Positions 9,806 to 19,673 of a stretch of 44,119 bases of DNA are shown one piece after another. The DNA comes from an uncultured Nitrososphaeraceae archaeon (GTDB lineage Archaea; Thermoproteota; Nitrososphaeria; Nitrososphaerales; Nitrososphaeraceae). The notes beneath the pieces are model-generated. The model made no database searches, had not been told where the DNA came from, and worked only from the letters and a program-made list of their open reading frames with translations. Made by a program: the position numbers and the translations under genes. The stretch spans positions 1 to 44,119 of the forward strand of contig CAWIMJ010000037.1 in the NCBI GenBank assembly GCA_963837175.1, written 5' to 3'. Each line of letters begins with the position of its first letter. Within the stretch, counting starts at the first letter, position 1.

Positions 9806-10835
9806 AAAAGAGATCATTGATCTTTTTGTATCTAAACTTAAATCAGATAATACAATAACTGAATTTGGAAAAGACGATGTTGCAATACTTTCTCTAAAAG
9901 ATGCAAAAACAAAGACTAGTAAGAACAACATTTTTTGTCCTGTAAGTATTATAATGAAATGTGATATGCTTGTTGGGAATACTGATGTCCCGGCAGGAAT
10001 GAAGCCTTGGCAAATTGCGAGAAAAAGCATTGTCTCTTGCGTCAGCGACTTATCAGCAAAGGGTATTAAACCACCATATTTATCCTTAATTTCCCTCGGA
10101 ATTCCAGGAAGATACTCTAAAAATGAAATTAAAGGTCTCATAACCGGCTTTCAAATAGCATCTAAAGAATTTGGAATCAAAATTGTGGGCGGGGATACCA
10201 ATGAATCTAATGAATTAATAATTGATTGTAACATGCTTGGATTTTCAAAGATTAATGATGCAGCCAACATTCCAAGAAGAAGTGGTGCAAAACCTGGAGA
10301 TCTAGTAATTGTTTCTGGAGAATTTGGCTATCCATCTTCTGGCTTGAAAATCCTTATGAATAATGTAAAATCTCACGGAATATTTAAAAAAAATGCCATC
10401 CTTTCTGTAGTAAAACCAAAACCTCGACAAAAATTTGGAATCTCTCTTGCAAAATACTTTTCTTCTTCTATAGATTCAAGTGATGGCCTTGCCATATCTC
10501 TATATGAATTAGCACGTCAGAGTAAAGTTAATCTTCTAATAGAGAACATACCATCGGCTAAAGGAGTTGACTATTTTGCTCAAAATAATCGTTTAGATGT
10601 AAAAGAACTTGTATTTCATGGAGGAGAGGAATATGAAATAGTTGCAACCATCCCAAAATCAAAATTGAATAGAATTAAATCTGTCGCCAGAAAATCAAAA
10701 TTGAAATTGCTTGTTATAGGTAGAGTAGAAAAAGGAGATGGCAAGGTATTTCTGATGGATGATAATAAGACTAGGAAAGAAGCATCACTTCTTGATGACC
10801 GTGGTTATATTCATTTAGTTGGAAGAAGTCATTAA
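9789..10835 (+). CDS. thiL: Thiamine-monophosphate kinase
   Basis: GKDDVA, CVSDLSAKG, VGGDTN, IDSSDGL and GGEEYEIV motifs. Overlaps the upstream gene. Confidence 0.95.
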   Translation: MTKLNEKEIIDLFVSKLKSDNTITEFGKDDVAILSLKDAKTKTSKNNIFCPVSIIMKCDMLVGNTDVPAGMKPWQIARKSIVSCVSDLSAKGIKPPYLSLISLGIPGRYSKNEIKGLITGFQIASKEFGIKIVGGDTNESNELIIDCNMLGFSKINDAANIPRRSGAKPGDLVIVSGEFGYPSSGLKILMNNVKSHGIFKKNAILSVVKPKPRQKFGISLAKYFSSSIDSSDGLAISLYELARQSKVNLLIENIPSAKGVDYFAQNNRLDVKELVFHGGEEYEIVATIPKSKLNRIKSVARKSKLKLLVIGRVEKGDGKVFLMDDNKTRKEASLLDDRGYIHLVGRSH

Positions 10836-11824
10836 GGCTTCACCTTTTGAATAATACTCTACTTTACAGTGGACGTAATAGATGACAAGCATATATTATA
10901 TAGTCATAAACAACAAGACGAGATTGTATAAAAAAAAGTATATCATTCTAGAGATTTTAAGTTCGAAAACCAGCATAGGAATTGAATATTATTATGATTA
11001 TAATATTAATAGAATTATGTCTTTAATTAGTAACAATCAAGAACCTATCAGAAAAATTACATAGACATAAGGGCTGTCAGAAGAATATGAAAAATGTCTT
11101 GTAGGATGAGTTATTGGATGTAAACAATGTCTTCATTCTTTTGCAATAATTGATGCAATGAGTTATTGATCTTAATTATCTCTATTGCCTATCTATAAAA
11201 CAAGATAATAACACATTCTCATCAATAAACAATTTCTACAATTCTTTTATTAGAAACTATATGAATATACCCTTGCACAACAATCTCCGATATTCTTATG
11301 TAGAATTGATATAACTTCAATTGAAATAATTATATATGTAGATTTTCAACTTCTAAAAATTAGTTTTGATTTATTCTTTAATTCTTTTGAGTCAATAATA
11401 ACACAACTAAATTCTGTCAATAGACGTTGCGGCAGTTTGGTTGCTTATGATCAATAGCTGATATCGCATACATCATTATCTTTCACAGGGAAAGATTACG
11501 GTTTTGCATTCTAATATGCAGTGTTCGCCATGACACAAAACAATCATCACTTTTCATTTTCATACAGCCTCTTTGTAATCTAGATTGGCTTTATAGTACT
11601 CTGCTAATCTAAGTGATTGACATCTAATGAAATATCTTCGCTATATACTGCTCAATTTTGTCAAAAGATCATTTGAAAAAAAATATTGTTGACGTTGAGT
11701 ATAAATCTCACAGGCATAGGATTTAGACATCCGACCTTTCTTTTTCTTGAATTATTTAGTATATACGTAATAGTTTCCATCTTTACCAATATACCTCTAT
11801 CTTCAATAATCCATCCCGTCTCTT

Positions 11825-12595
11825 CTAAGGTGTCAAGTTAAGGTCTGACAATATATCTCCAGTTTCTCCAAGCTCTGGTGTCTTTTCTGTAATGGTTGTC
11901 TTGTTGTTATTGCTACCAGCCGTCATATTTGTGATACCAGTAATATTACTACCATTACTCATTTGTTTGCCTGTTATATTAGTAGCAGTACTATCCTCGC
12001 AGTCGTTTAATCGAATATCACCTTCAGTAGCATTAAAATCTAAAACTTTATCATTTCCTTGATTACAGACAAAGGTATCTTGGCCTGCTCCACCAGTAAG
12101 AGTATCAGAGTTTGGACCACCAATTAGAGTATCGTTTCCAACTCCACCAGTAAGATTATTGGGGCCTGGACCACCAAATAGATAGTCATCTCCTGCAGAA
12201 CCATCAATAATGTCATTTCCTGTATTGCCTTCAATTACATCGTTTCCGGGTCCACCTTTAAGAATATCATTACCTTGTCCTCCAATTAGATAGTCATCTC
12301 CTGCAGAACCATCAATAATGTCATTTCCCCTTTTTCCATCTATCATATCATTTCCACCTAGACCTGCTAGGACATCATTCTCAGCTGAACCTTGTACATC
12401 CTCATCCTTTGGAGGTGCAGCGGGTGTATTTTTGGGTTTGTCCTTAGTTTTATCTCCAGGCTTACTGACATCTCCTCCAAATAGCTTTTCATGGAAAAAG
12501 GCTGATGCTGTTTGTTTATATATAATAGTAGGTAATAGCAATGAAACTAATAGTACCATTAATGCTGATAAAATTAGTTTCTTCTCTTTCTGCAT
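11825..12595 (-). CDS. Secreted RTX/hemolysin-type calcium-binding repeat protein
   Basis: Signal peptide followed by many GGxGxDxL nonapeptides and DKVLDFNATEGD. Confidence 0.92.
   Translation of the reverse strand: MQKEKKLILSALMVLLVSLLLPTIIYKQTASAFFHEKLFGGDVSKPGDKTKDKPKNTPAAPPKDEDVQGSAENDVLAGLGGNDMIDGKRGNDIIDGSAGDDYLIGGQGNDILKGGPGNDVIEGNTGNDIIDGSAGDDYLFGGPGPNNLTGGVGNDTLIGGPNSDTLTGGAGQDTFVCNQGNDKVLDFNATEGDIRLNDCEDSTATNITGKQMSNGSNITGITNMTAGSNNNKTTITEKTPELGETGDILSDLNLTP
12179..12328. repeat. 42-bp exact direct repeat within the RTX gene (108-bp period)
   Basis: TAGATAGTCATCTCCTGCAGAACCATCAATAATGTCATTTCC at 12179-12220 and 12287-12328. Confidence 0.9.
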
Positions 12596-12610
12596 TATGA
12601 TAGTTTAATC

Positions 12611-12644
12611 ATGGAAGATTAAGGCTTTTTAAATCTTCTTCCAT
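12611..12644. promoter_or_regulatory. Inverted repeat flanking the putative TATA box of the RTX gene
   Basis: ATGGAAGA...TCTTCCAT surrounds TTTAAAAA (minus strand), about 30 nt upstream of the start. Confidence 0.4.
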
Positions 12645-12651
12645 TTACGTT

Positions 12652-13397
12652 GGCTCTACATCTAACACTAAACCGATAGCTGAATATGTCTTCTATTTCT
12701 CATACGCAACTCAAAAGAATAGGAAACAGAACATCTTTCAAAATAAGTCTACTATGAACACCACAGTTATACTTTTCAGGTCTATTCCTAAAAAAGACAT
12801 CAAGACATTTATCTTTGTTTGTTAGAAGAAATCATACTTTCATTGGAATTGAATTCAAAGATATAATGAATTAGAGAAGTAGATATATTTAGTAAAGTAA
12901 AGAAAAGTGTAGCAGAATTTATAATTGATTGATGACACTTACTACTTAAACTAAGTAATGAATATATGTGTGTGTTAGTTATGGGTTGCAATTGAGCCAA
13001 CAGATGAGATGATCCTTAGTATTCTTGTATTTCTATTGAAAGAAGTATAGCTTGTAACTGAACAGTTTATACCAAAAAAAGTTGGCTACAAAATATGTCA
13101 AACATTCTCCTCCTCTGTATATCTAGTGATGGGGATGATACTTGTATTCACAAGCCTCTAAATTCTTAGAGTTTGAATATCATCATTTACATTCCTCTTT
13201 TGGGAAAAGCGTTATTATCAAAAGGACTAAAGCCAAAGTATATTAAAGGTAGTAGAACTGTGCTTTGATAAGGACTATTTTTTTCCTATAGAAAAGATAA
13301 GTGTAAGCTAGAACATGTAATTATGCATTAGCTTAATTTGTTTGTCAATATGCATAATGGGATGATTCTTGAAAGAGGATGGCTAAATAACAGAGCC
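12652..13397 (+). mobile_element. Heavily eroded full-length IS6-family element
   Basis: Ends GGCTCT.../...TAACAGAGCC. Fragments LYFSGLFLKKTSRHLSLFVRRNH, WN*IQRY, LWVAIEP and HLHSSFGKSVI appear across frames with many stops. Confidence 0.8.
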
Positions 13398-14119
13398 GTT
13401 ACATCTGTATATTCATATAGAATATACACAAAACTAAAAGAAAAAATAAGGAATAGGATGACTTAGTTTTTGTTTCATATGCTCTGATAATAAGTAAATA
13501 TTATAGAGAATAGTTAGAAGGTATAGGGGCTGCCAGAATACTAATTGGTTTAGAAGAAATTTATCACCTTATCACCTAAGATCAAACTAAATTAGTTTTT
13601 AGTTTTCTATGTCATAATTCACGGAAATGCAACTTTTGATCCTCTTATCATTACATATCTATAATGTTCAACCATAACCTTCTATTTGAGTATACTATTT
13701 AGTTTATACTATTTAGTTTAATGTATTTAGATAATGATCATCGTCAATAGAAGATTATGAATATGTAAGACAATACAAAGTATGTCTATTCAATATAATA
13801 CTCAGGGTGCTATTTTCTAAACAGGAACTTTAATATATATCCAGAAAAATGGTTGGTGAGGTTAGGTTTTGCCAAAGCAATCCGACAGCATTAAACAACT
13901 AAGAATTTTGATATAAAAATAAATTACATTTTAATTTTCAAGATTAAATGTATTCATATAAGCTAAATGATCTTTGTGTTACTTACCGCAATCATAATAC
14001 ATATAATTTTGTAACAACTATTTCTTTTGCAATGTATAATTTAATGTATGAGATGAATATGTGAAATCTTAATATTTCTTGTGTAGTCTAACATTAATAT
14101 AACACCAATAACAAATGTA

Positions 14120-14539
14120 ATGCTCTTAATGTCCTCAGGAACAGAAGATATTACTCAATATAAATGGGGAGTAGCTCACATCTTCAGCAGTTACAATAAT
14201 ACTCTTGTTCACATTACAGATATTAGTGGTGCAGAAACTATTGCATTCAGCTCTGGTGGAAGGCACGTTACAGCGGACAGATATGAATCATCTCCATATG
14301 CTGCAATGAAATCCGCAGTAGCATCAGCTGATGCTGCTAAGGGTAAGGGAATCAATGCTTTACATATACGGGTAAGAGCCGTTGGTGGAGTAGGTCCTAG
14401 AATTCCAGGTCCAGGAGCTCAAGCAGCGATTAGAGCCCTAGCAAGAGCCGGTTTTAGAATTGGCAGAATTGACGATGTTACTCCAGTTCCTCACGATACG
14501 ACTAGAAAACCAGGTGGAAGGAGAGGAAGAAGAGTATAA
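14120..14539 (+). CDS. rps11: 30S ribosomal protein uS11
   Basis: [39 protein letters not shown] and [10 protein letters not shown]. Confidence 0.98.
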   Translation: MLLMSSGTEDITQYKWGVAHIFSSYNNTLVHITDISGAETIAFSSGGRHVTADRYESSPYAAMKSAVASADAAKGKGINALHIRVRAVGGVGPRIPGPGAQAAIRALARAGFRIGRIDDVTPVPHDTTRKPGGRRGRRV

Positions 14540-14936
14540 TATCCCCCTATCGTACAAGTTAAATTTGACCTTTACACATTTCAAGAAACATTCACTTTCT
14601 ACCACCGTTAAGAATCAGTGAAATAGTACTGTTAGCTGTTATAGTCTTCCTTTGCCATTCCAGTGCATTGTAATATTGGAATTTATGGATTCCTTGATTT
14701 ATATTAGTTCGGCTTTACTCATCCTTTATTGAACTGTTCTATATCCGATTGATAATTTAAACTCAATTTGTTGTATTTGGCAAAATAAACAAAGAAATTA
14801 TCATATGCTCTTGTTATCTTATCTATAAATTCTGCTGACTCCTGCCGGGTTTTATTGTCATCTTAAAAATCAGTTTCAAAATTAGTGGTTGAAAATTAAA
14901 GAGGATAACAGTAATAATAACTGCTGCAATCATTAA

Positions 14937-15338
14937 CTACTCTTCATTCTGCTGTTTCAATTTATCTGATAACGAAACTAACTTTCCATGATCTTCAATT
15001 TTGATACTAGTATTGACTCTAATTTTCAATCCAATAGCTCGGAATAAAGCAAGTAATTCTCCACCTGAAATTCTTTGATTTATCTCTCCTGCTTTAATCA
15101 ATTCTATAATTCTTGCAAGTATTGCTTTTGTCTGAAATGGATACTGGGATTCTGCAAGTTTTAAAACCTCTTCTCCTCTATCATATAGATAGGTCGATAT
15201 TATTTCTCTATCAGTCTCTTTTGGAGGTATTAGTTGTTGTTCCTTCTTTTTTACCTTTTCAAGTGCAGCAGCTTTATCCCGCAATTCTTTCATCTTTCTA
15301 GCGTTGATAATCGCTATGTCTGGATCTTCTTGTGACAT
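14937..15338 (-). CDS. PDCD5-like double-stranded DNA-binding domain protein
   Basis: Helical N-terminus (INARKMKELR) and ISGGELLALFR..GLKIRVNTSIKI. Translationally coupled to rtcB. Confidence 0.65.
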   Translation of the reverse strand: MSQEDPDIAIINARKMKELRDKAAALEKVKKKEQQLIPPKETDREIISTYLYDRGEEVLKLAESQYPFQTKAILARIIELIKAGEINQRISGGELLALFRAIGLKIRVNTSIKIEDHGKLVSLSDKLKQQNEE

Positions 15339-16813
15339 TAACCTTTTATCACTCCAACTGGGATTAATCTTACTACTTTAGTTGCTATTCCAAGAGAATG
15401 TGAAACTTCTACAACTGCATCTACATCCTTATAGGCAGCAGGTGTCTCTTCCACTATCCCTTCCTTTGTAAGTGCCTTTACAAAGATACCTTTTGATTGC
15501 AGCCCGCTCCTTACATCTTCTACAGTATAACTTCTCTTTGCTGCAGATCTTGACATTGTCCTACCAGCACCATGTGCTGTTGATCCAAAACTTAAATCAA
15601 GAGAGTTTCTATTTCCTAAAAGAATCCAGCTTGCAGTTCCCATAGAGCCGGGTATAATTACTGGCTGACCGATATTACGATATCTATCTGGGATCTGATC
15701 CATTCCTGCTGGAAATGCTCTAGTAGCTCCTTTTCTATGAACAACTAAATCTTGCATGCCTTCTCCTTCCACCTTATGGCGTTCTAGCTTGGCGATATTA
15801 TGAGATACATCATAAACGAGTTTCATATCAAGCTGTTGCTCACTCATACCAAATACTTTTTCAAAAATTTTTCTTGTCCAATGTGTTATCATCTGCCTGT
15901 TGCACCATGCAAAATTTAATGCTGAAAACATTGCCTTACGATAGTCTTCACCTTCCGATGAATTATTTGGAACACATGCAAGTTCTCTATCTGCTAGTTT
16001 TATTCCATATTTTCGCGCAGCGATTTCAGAGATACGTAAATAGTCACTGCAGACTTGATGTCCAAATCCTCTTGAACCACAGTGAATTAGAACATTTAAC
16101 TGGCCTTCTTTGTTAATTCCCATAGATTCTGCAGCTCTTTCATCGAAGATTTTATCTACCTTTTGTATTTCAAGAAAGTGATTACCTGAGCCTAAGCTAC
16201 CTAATTGAGATGCACCACGTTTTCTGGCTGTCTCTGAAATCTTTGTAGGATCGGCACCAATTATTTTTCCATCTTCTTCGCATGCTTCTGCATCTTCTTT
16301 CCAACCATATCCACGATCAATAGCCCAATGCACACCTTCTACAAGCAATTCATCTAGTTCAGATTTTTCTAACTTAATAGTTCCTTCGCTTCCAACACCC
16401 AACGGGATGGAGCCAAAGAGTCCGTTTATGAGGTCTTTTAATTTTGGTCGTAGATCACTTTCGACTAAGCCTGTTCTAATCAATCTTACGCCGCAATTAA
16501 TATCATATCCAACTCCCCCAGGACTTATTATGCCCTGTTCTAGGTCAGTTGCAGCGACTCCTCCTACTGGAAATCCATAACCTTCATGTCCGTCTGGAAG
16601 GACTACAACGTGTTTTCTCACACCAGGTAATGTTGAGACGTTTACTGCTTGATCAATAGTTCGATCGGTAACCATTTTCGAAATAAGACTATCATTAGCA
16701 TAAATCGTAACTGGGACGTTCATTCCCTTTGATTTGTCTTTTTCGATAGTGAATTCAAAATCATTTATTTTTCTGACTCTATGATTACCATTTTTTGTTA
16801 TTAATTCACTCAT
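15338..16813 (-). CDS. rtcB: tRNA-splicing ligase RtcB
   Basis: LPDGHEGYGFPVGG, VGYDINCG, GSGNHFLE, HRKGATRAFP and STAHGAGR. Confidence 0.98.
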   Translation of the reverse strand: MSELITKNGNHRVRKINDFEFTIEKDKSKGMNVPVTIYANDSLISKMVTDRTIDQAVNVSTLPGVRKHVVVLPDGHEGYGFPVGGVAATDLEQGIISPGGVGYDINCGVRLIRTGLVESDLRPKLKDLINGLFGSIPLGVGSEGTIKLEKSELDELLVEGVHWAIDRGYGWKEDAEACEEDGKIIGADPTKISETARKRGASQLGSLGSGNHFLEIQKVDKIFDERAAESMGINKEGQLNVLIHCGSRGFGHQVCSDYLRISEIAARKYGIKLADRELACVPNNSSEGEDYRKAMFSALNFAWCNRQMITHWTRKIFEKVFGMSEQQLDMKLVYDVSHNIAKLERHKVEGEGMQDLVVHRKGATRAFPAGMDQIPDRYRNIGQPVIIPGSMGTASWILLGNRNSLDLSFGSTAHGAGRTMSRSAAKRSYTVEDVRSGLQSKGIFVKALTKEGIVEETPAAYKDVDAVVEVSHSLGIATKVVRLIPVGVIKG

Positions 16814-17067
16814 TATTTGACTTGAATTTGCGCCATATTTATTATAAGCCTTGCTTTCTGGGTATGCGTACTCCCAAAAGTGACCTTTTCTAACAGCAAT
16901 AATTTATTTTTTCTTATTTCTTCTTTTGTTCACAATATTGCATTAAAATCTGTGTAAATAATAATACAATGACTAATCGAAAATTGCATGCATGATATAG
17001 TGTTATTTTATTTTGATAGAGTTATATTTTTTATCTTGGATGAAATGAAGTATCAATAAGAAAAATT

Positions 17068-17676
17068 ATGTTTACAGGCATCATAGAAGGTGTTGGCGAG
17101 GTAAAATCAATTTGTAAAATTAAGGGCATAAACAAGAGAGCTGATACCAAGCTAACAATATTTTTAGGAAAGATAATCAAAGGTATGAAGGTTGGCGATA
17201 GCGTCAGCATTAATGGAGCCTGTCTAACTATTACAAAGATATCCAAAGGAACAGCTGATTTTGAGATCGTAGATGAAACTATCAAACGTACTTGTCTTGG
17301 TTTAATTAAAGCTGGAGACACAGTAAACATTGAGAGAAGTCTACGTCTATGTGATAGGTTGGAAGGGCATATTGTTCTCGGCCATGTAGATTGTACAGGA
17401 ATGATTGACGAAATTATTAAAACTCGGACAGGGACACATATGTGGATAAGAATTGAAGATAGAGAACTTTCAGGTTCATTCGTATCGAAAGGATCGTTAG
17501 CAATAGATGGCATAAGTCTCACTATAGTAAATGCAAAAGATGATAGAATATCTGTTGCTTTAATACCACACACACTAACTACCACTACATTAGGATCTAA
17601 ATCTAAAGGCAACAAAGTTAATATTGAAATAGATATAATTAGTAGGTATGTAAGTAGTATACTACTAAAAAAGTAG
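17068..17676 (+). CDS. ribC: Riboflavin synthase (bacterial-type, two lumazine-binding domains)
   Basis: N-terminal MFTGII, GDSVSINGACLT, GHIVLGHVD and GSLAIDGISLT. Confidence 0.96.
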   Translation: MFTGIIEGVGEVKSICKIKGINKRADTKLTIFLGKIIKGMKVGDSVSINGACLTITKISKGTADFEIVDETIKRTCLGLIKAGDTVNIERSLRLCDRLEGHIVLGHVDCTGMIDEIIKTRTGTHMWIRIEDRELSGSFVSKGSLAIDGISLTIVNAKDDRISVALIPHTLTTTTLGSKSKGNKVNIEIDIISRYVSSILLKK

Positions 17677-17730
17677 TAATAACTTGATTTTTAGTAAACT
17701 ATATAATGAATTCTTGTGAAAATTACTTAA

Positions 17731-18414
17731 TTGTCTGTAATTGAAGAAGCAATAGATACATTAAGTGATGGCAAATTCGTGCTAGTTCATGATGATAAAG
17801 GACGCGAGAACGAAATTGACATGATAATAGCAGCTGAATATATTACACCGAAGAATATTGCAACTATGAGAAATGACGCTGGAGGATTACTTTGTTTAGC
17901 TATTTCAAATGAAATTACGACCAAATTGGGACTAACTTATATGCACGATATAATCCAAAGCCTATCAAGCATTAATCCTGTATTTTCAAAATTAACCTAT
18001 GGAAAAGCGCCATACGGCGATAAACCATCTTTTTCAATAACTGTTAATCACCGTGATACATACACTGGAATTACAGATATCGATAGAGCATTGACAATCT
18101 CTAAGATGGCAGAAATTTGCAAAAAAATAGATTCAGGTGGAGTGGAGGAATTTGCAAAAAACTTCCGTACTCCAGGTCATGTCCCAATTTTGATTGCTTC
18201 AAAAGGTTTGCTTGAAGAAAGGCGTGGACACACTGAGCTTTGCGTTTATTTAGCACAGATGTCAAAACTAGTGCCAGCAGTAGTAATTTGCGAGATGTTA
18301 GATTCCACTACCCATAGAGCATTATCAATAAACAAAGCAAAAGAATATGCCGATATTAAGGGAATTACATTATTGGAAGCTGGTCAGTTAAAGACTCATG
18401 CCAAGGCGGCTTAA
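17731..18414 (+). CDS. ribB: 3,4-dihydroxy-2-butanone-4-phosphate synthase
   Basis: DDKGRENEID, TGITDIDRALT, FRTPGHV, RRGHTE and VICEM. Confidence 0.97.
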   Translation: MSVIEEAIDTLSDGKFVLVHDDKGRENEIDMIIAAEYITPKNIATMRNDAGGLLCLAISNEITTKLGLTYMHDIIQSLSSINPVFSKLTYGKAPYGDKPSFSITVNHRDTYTGITDIDRALTISKMAEICKKIDSGGVEEFAKNFRTPGHVPILIASKGLLEERRGHTELCVYLAQMSKLVPAVVICEMLDSTTHRALSINKAKEYADIKGITLLEAGQLKTHAKAA

Positions 18415-18420
18415 TAATAA

Positions 18421-18885
18421 TTGAATAAAGTTAGAATAGCAATAATAGTTTCAGAATTTAATTGTGATATTACTTTTCAAATGCTGAACAAAGCAAAAGA
18501 TCAGGCGCAAAAAATCAAAGCAGATGTACGTTACATTTGTTTTGCCCCAGGTTCGTTTGATATGCCATTGTTAATTGAAGAGATTTTAAAAAAGAAGGAT
18601 GTAGATGCTGCTGTTACGTTAGGTGCTGTAATAAAGGGCGAAACATCTCATGACGATATTATTGCAGAAAATGCAGCCAGGCTGATCGCAGACTTGTCTT
18701 TAAAATATGGCAAGCCGATTGGGCTTGGAATTACTGGCCCAGATATGACCCTTGAACAAGCAAAAGACAGGATCGATATAGTACCACTGCGTGCAGTAAA
18801 TGCAGCAGTAAACATGGCAATGAGAATTAAAAAATTAAAAGAAGTAGGATCGCAATCAGAAAGAACAGAGATGATAATAGATTGA
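18421..18885 (+). CDS. ribH: 6,7-dimethyl-8-ribityllumazine synthase
   Basis: IIVSEFN, PGSFDMP, LGAVIKGETSHD and KPIGLGITGP. Confidence 0.97.
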   Translation: MNKVRIAIIVSEFNCDITFQMLNKAKDQAQKIKADVRYICFAPGSFDMPLLIEEILKKKDVDAAVTLGAVIKGETSHDDIIAENAARLIADLSLKYGKPIGLGITGPDMTLEQAKDRIDIVPLRAVNAAVNMAMRIKKLKEVGSQSERTEMIID

Positions 18886-19673
18886 CAATCCAGATTACAA
18901 TTATCAGAATTGACGGATATGGAGTATGGACTGTTACCCTGGGAACAGATAGAGAGGCTCAGCTTCAAATGCTGCAGGCAAGAATTTATTATGATCTACA
19001 GCGATTGTTTTCACAAAAAGAGTGTCTTGTATATTTAAATAGATTTGATGAGTATTTTGCAATAACTAATGGTCTTTCATTAGAGGACCATAAGGATATT
19101 CAGGAAGAGATAGCAACTCTATATAAAAACCTTAAGATATCAATGACTATCGGAAGAGGCGATACACCCTTTGATGCAAATGTAAATGCTTACGAAGCAA
19201 GGAAGATAGATAATTTTCTGGATAGAGAAACAAGAATTTTTGGACAAACTATATCTTCATCTTCAAAATCATCATCTACTACAAATCCTAATTACTGTGA
19301 ATCTGCATACATAATGCATATTGATATTGATGGTTCTGAAAAAGTTAGCTCTAAAATGTCGCCATATGAAGTTACAGCGTTAGTAATGAAGCTCTATGCT
19401 AAGTTATCAGAGGCATTTCTTAAAAAAGGAGCAATGACATTTTTTCTCGGAGGAGACAATTTCATGGTTATATCAAATAATATGAGAAAAGCAGATACCG
19501 AGATAATTATTAACTCTATTACTAATGATATAGGTATAAAATTGAATTGTGGAATAGGTGTAGGAAGGAACGGAAGAAAAGCTGCTGAGGCTGCCACCAG
19601 AGCATTAGATACCATTAGAGATTTAAGAGATAAAGGAAAAATTCAGCAAATATATGAAATACAATGTCTCTAA
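18882..19673 (+). CDS. gch3: GTP cyclohydrolase III (ArfA)
   Basis: IDGYGVWT..LGTDREAQLQMLQ, RFDE, HIDID and FFLGGDNFM. Confidence 0.95.
   Translation: MTIQITIIRIDGYGVWTVTLGTDREAQLQMLQARIYYDLQRLFSQKECLVYLNRFDEYFAITNGLSLEDHKDIQEEIATLYKNLKISMTIGRGDTPFDANVNAYEARKIDNFLDRETRIFGQTISSSSKSSSTTNPNYCESAYIMHIDIDGSEKVSSKMSPYEVTALVMKLYAKLSEAFLKKGAMTFFLGGDNFMVISNNMRKADTEIIINSITNDIGIKLNCGIGVGRNGRKAAEAATRALDTIRDLRDKGKIQQIYEIQCL

Noticed and set aside
11644-11703. 60-bp segment bounded by TATACT...AGTATA like the MITE
   Set aside because: IR is only 6 bp, with no internal similarity and a single copy.
11829-11843. GGTGTCAAGTTAAGG at the RTX gene end resembles an IS6 IR
   Set aside because: No partner IR or transposase remnant in the right orientation; may be chance.
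11825-12595. RTX toxin
   Set aside because: Only calcium-binding repeats; no toxin domain, acyltransferase or T1SS.
13691-13720. 14-bp tandem duplication TATACTATTTAGTT
   Set aside because: Simple slippage in AT-rich DNA.
14120-14539. rps11 outside its usual operon
   Set aside because: Consistent with what I recall of Nitrososphaerota gene order; not treated as novel.
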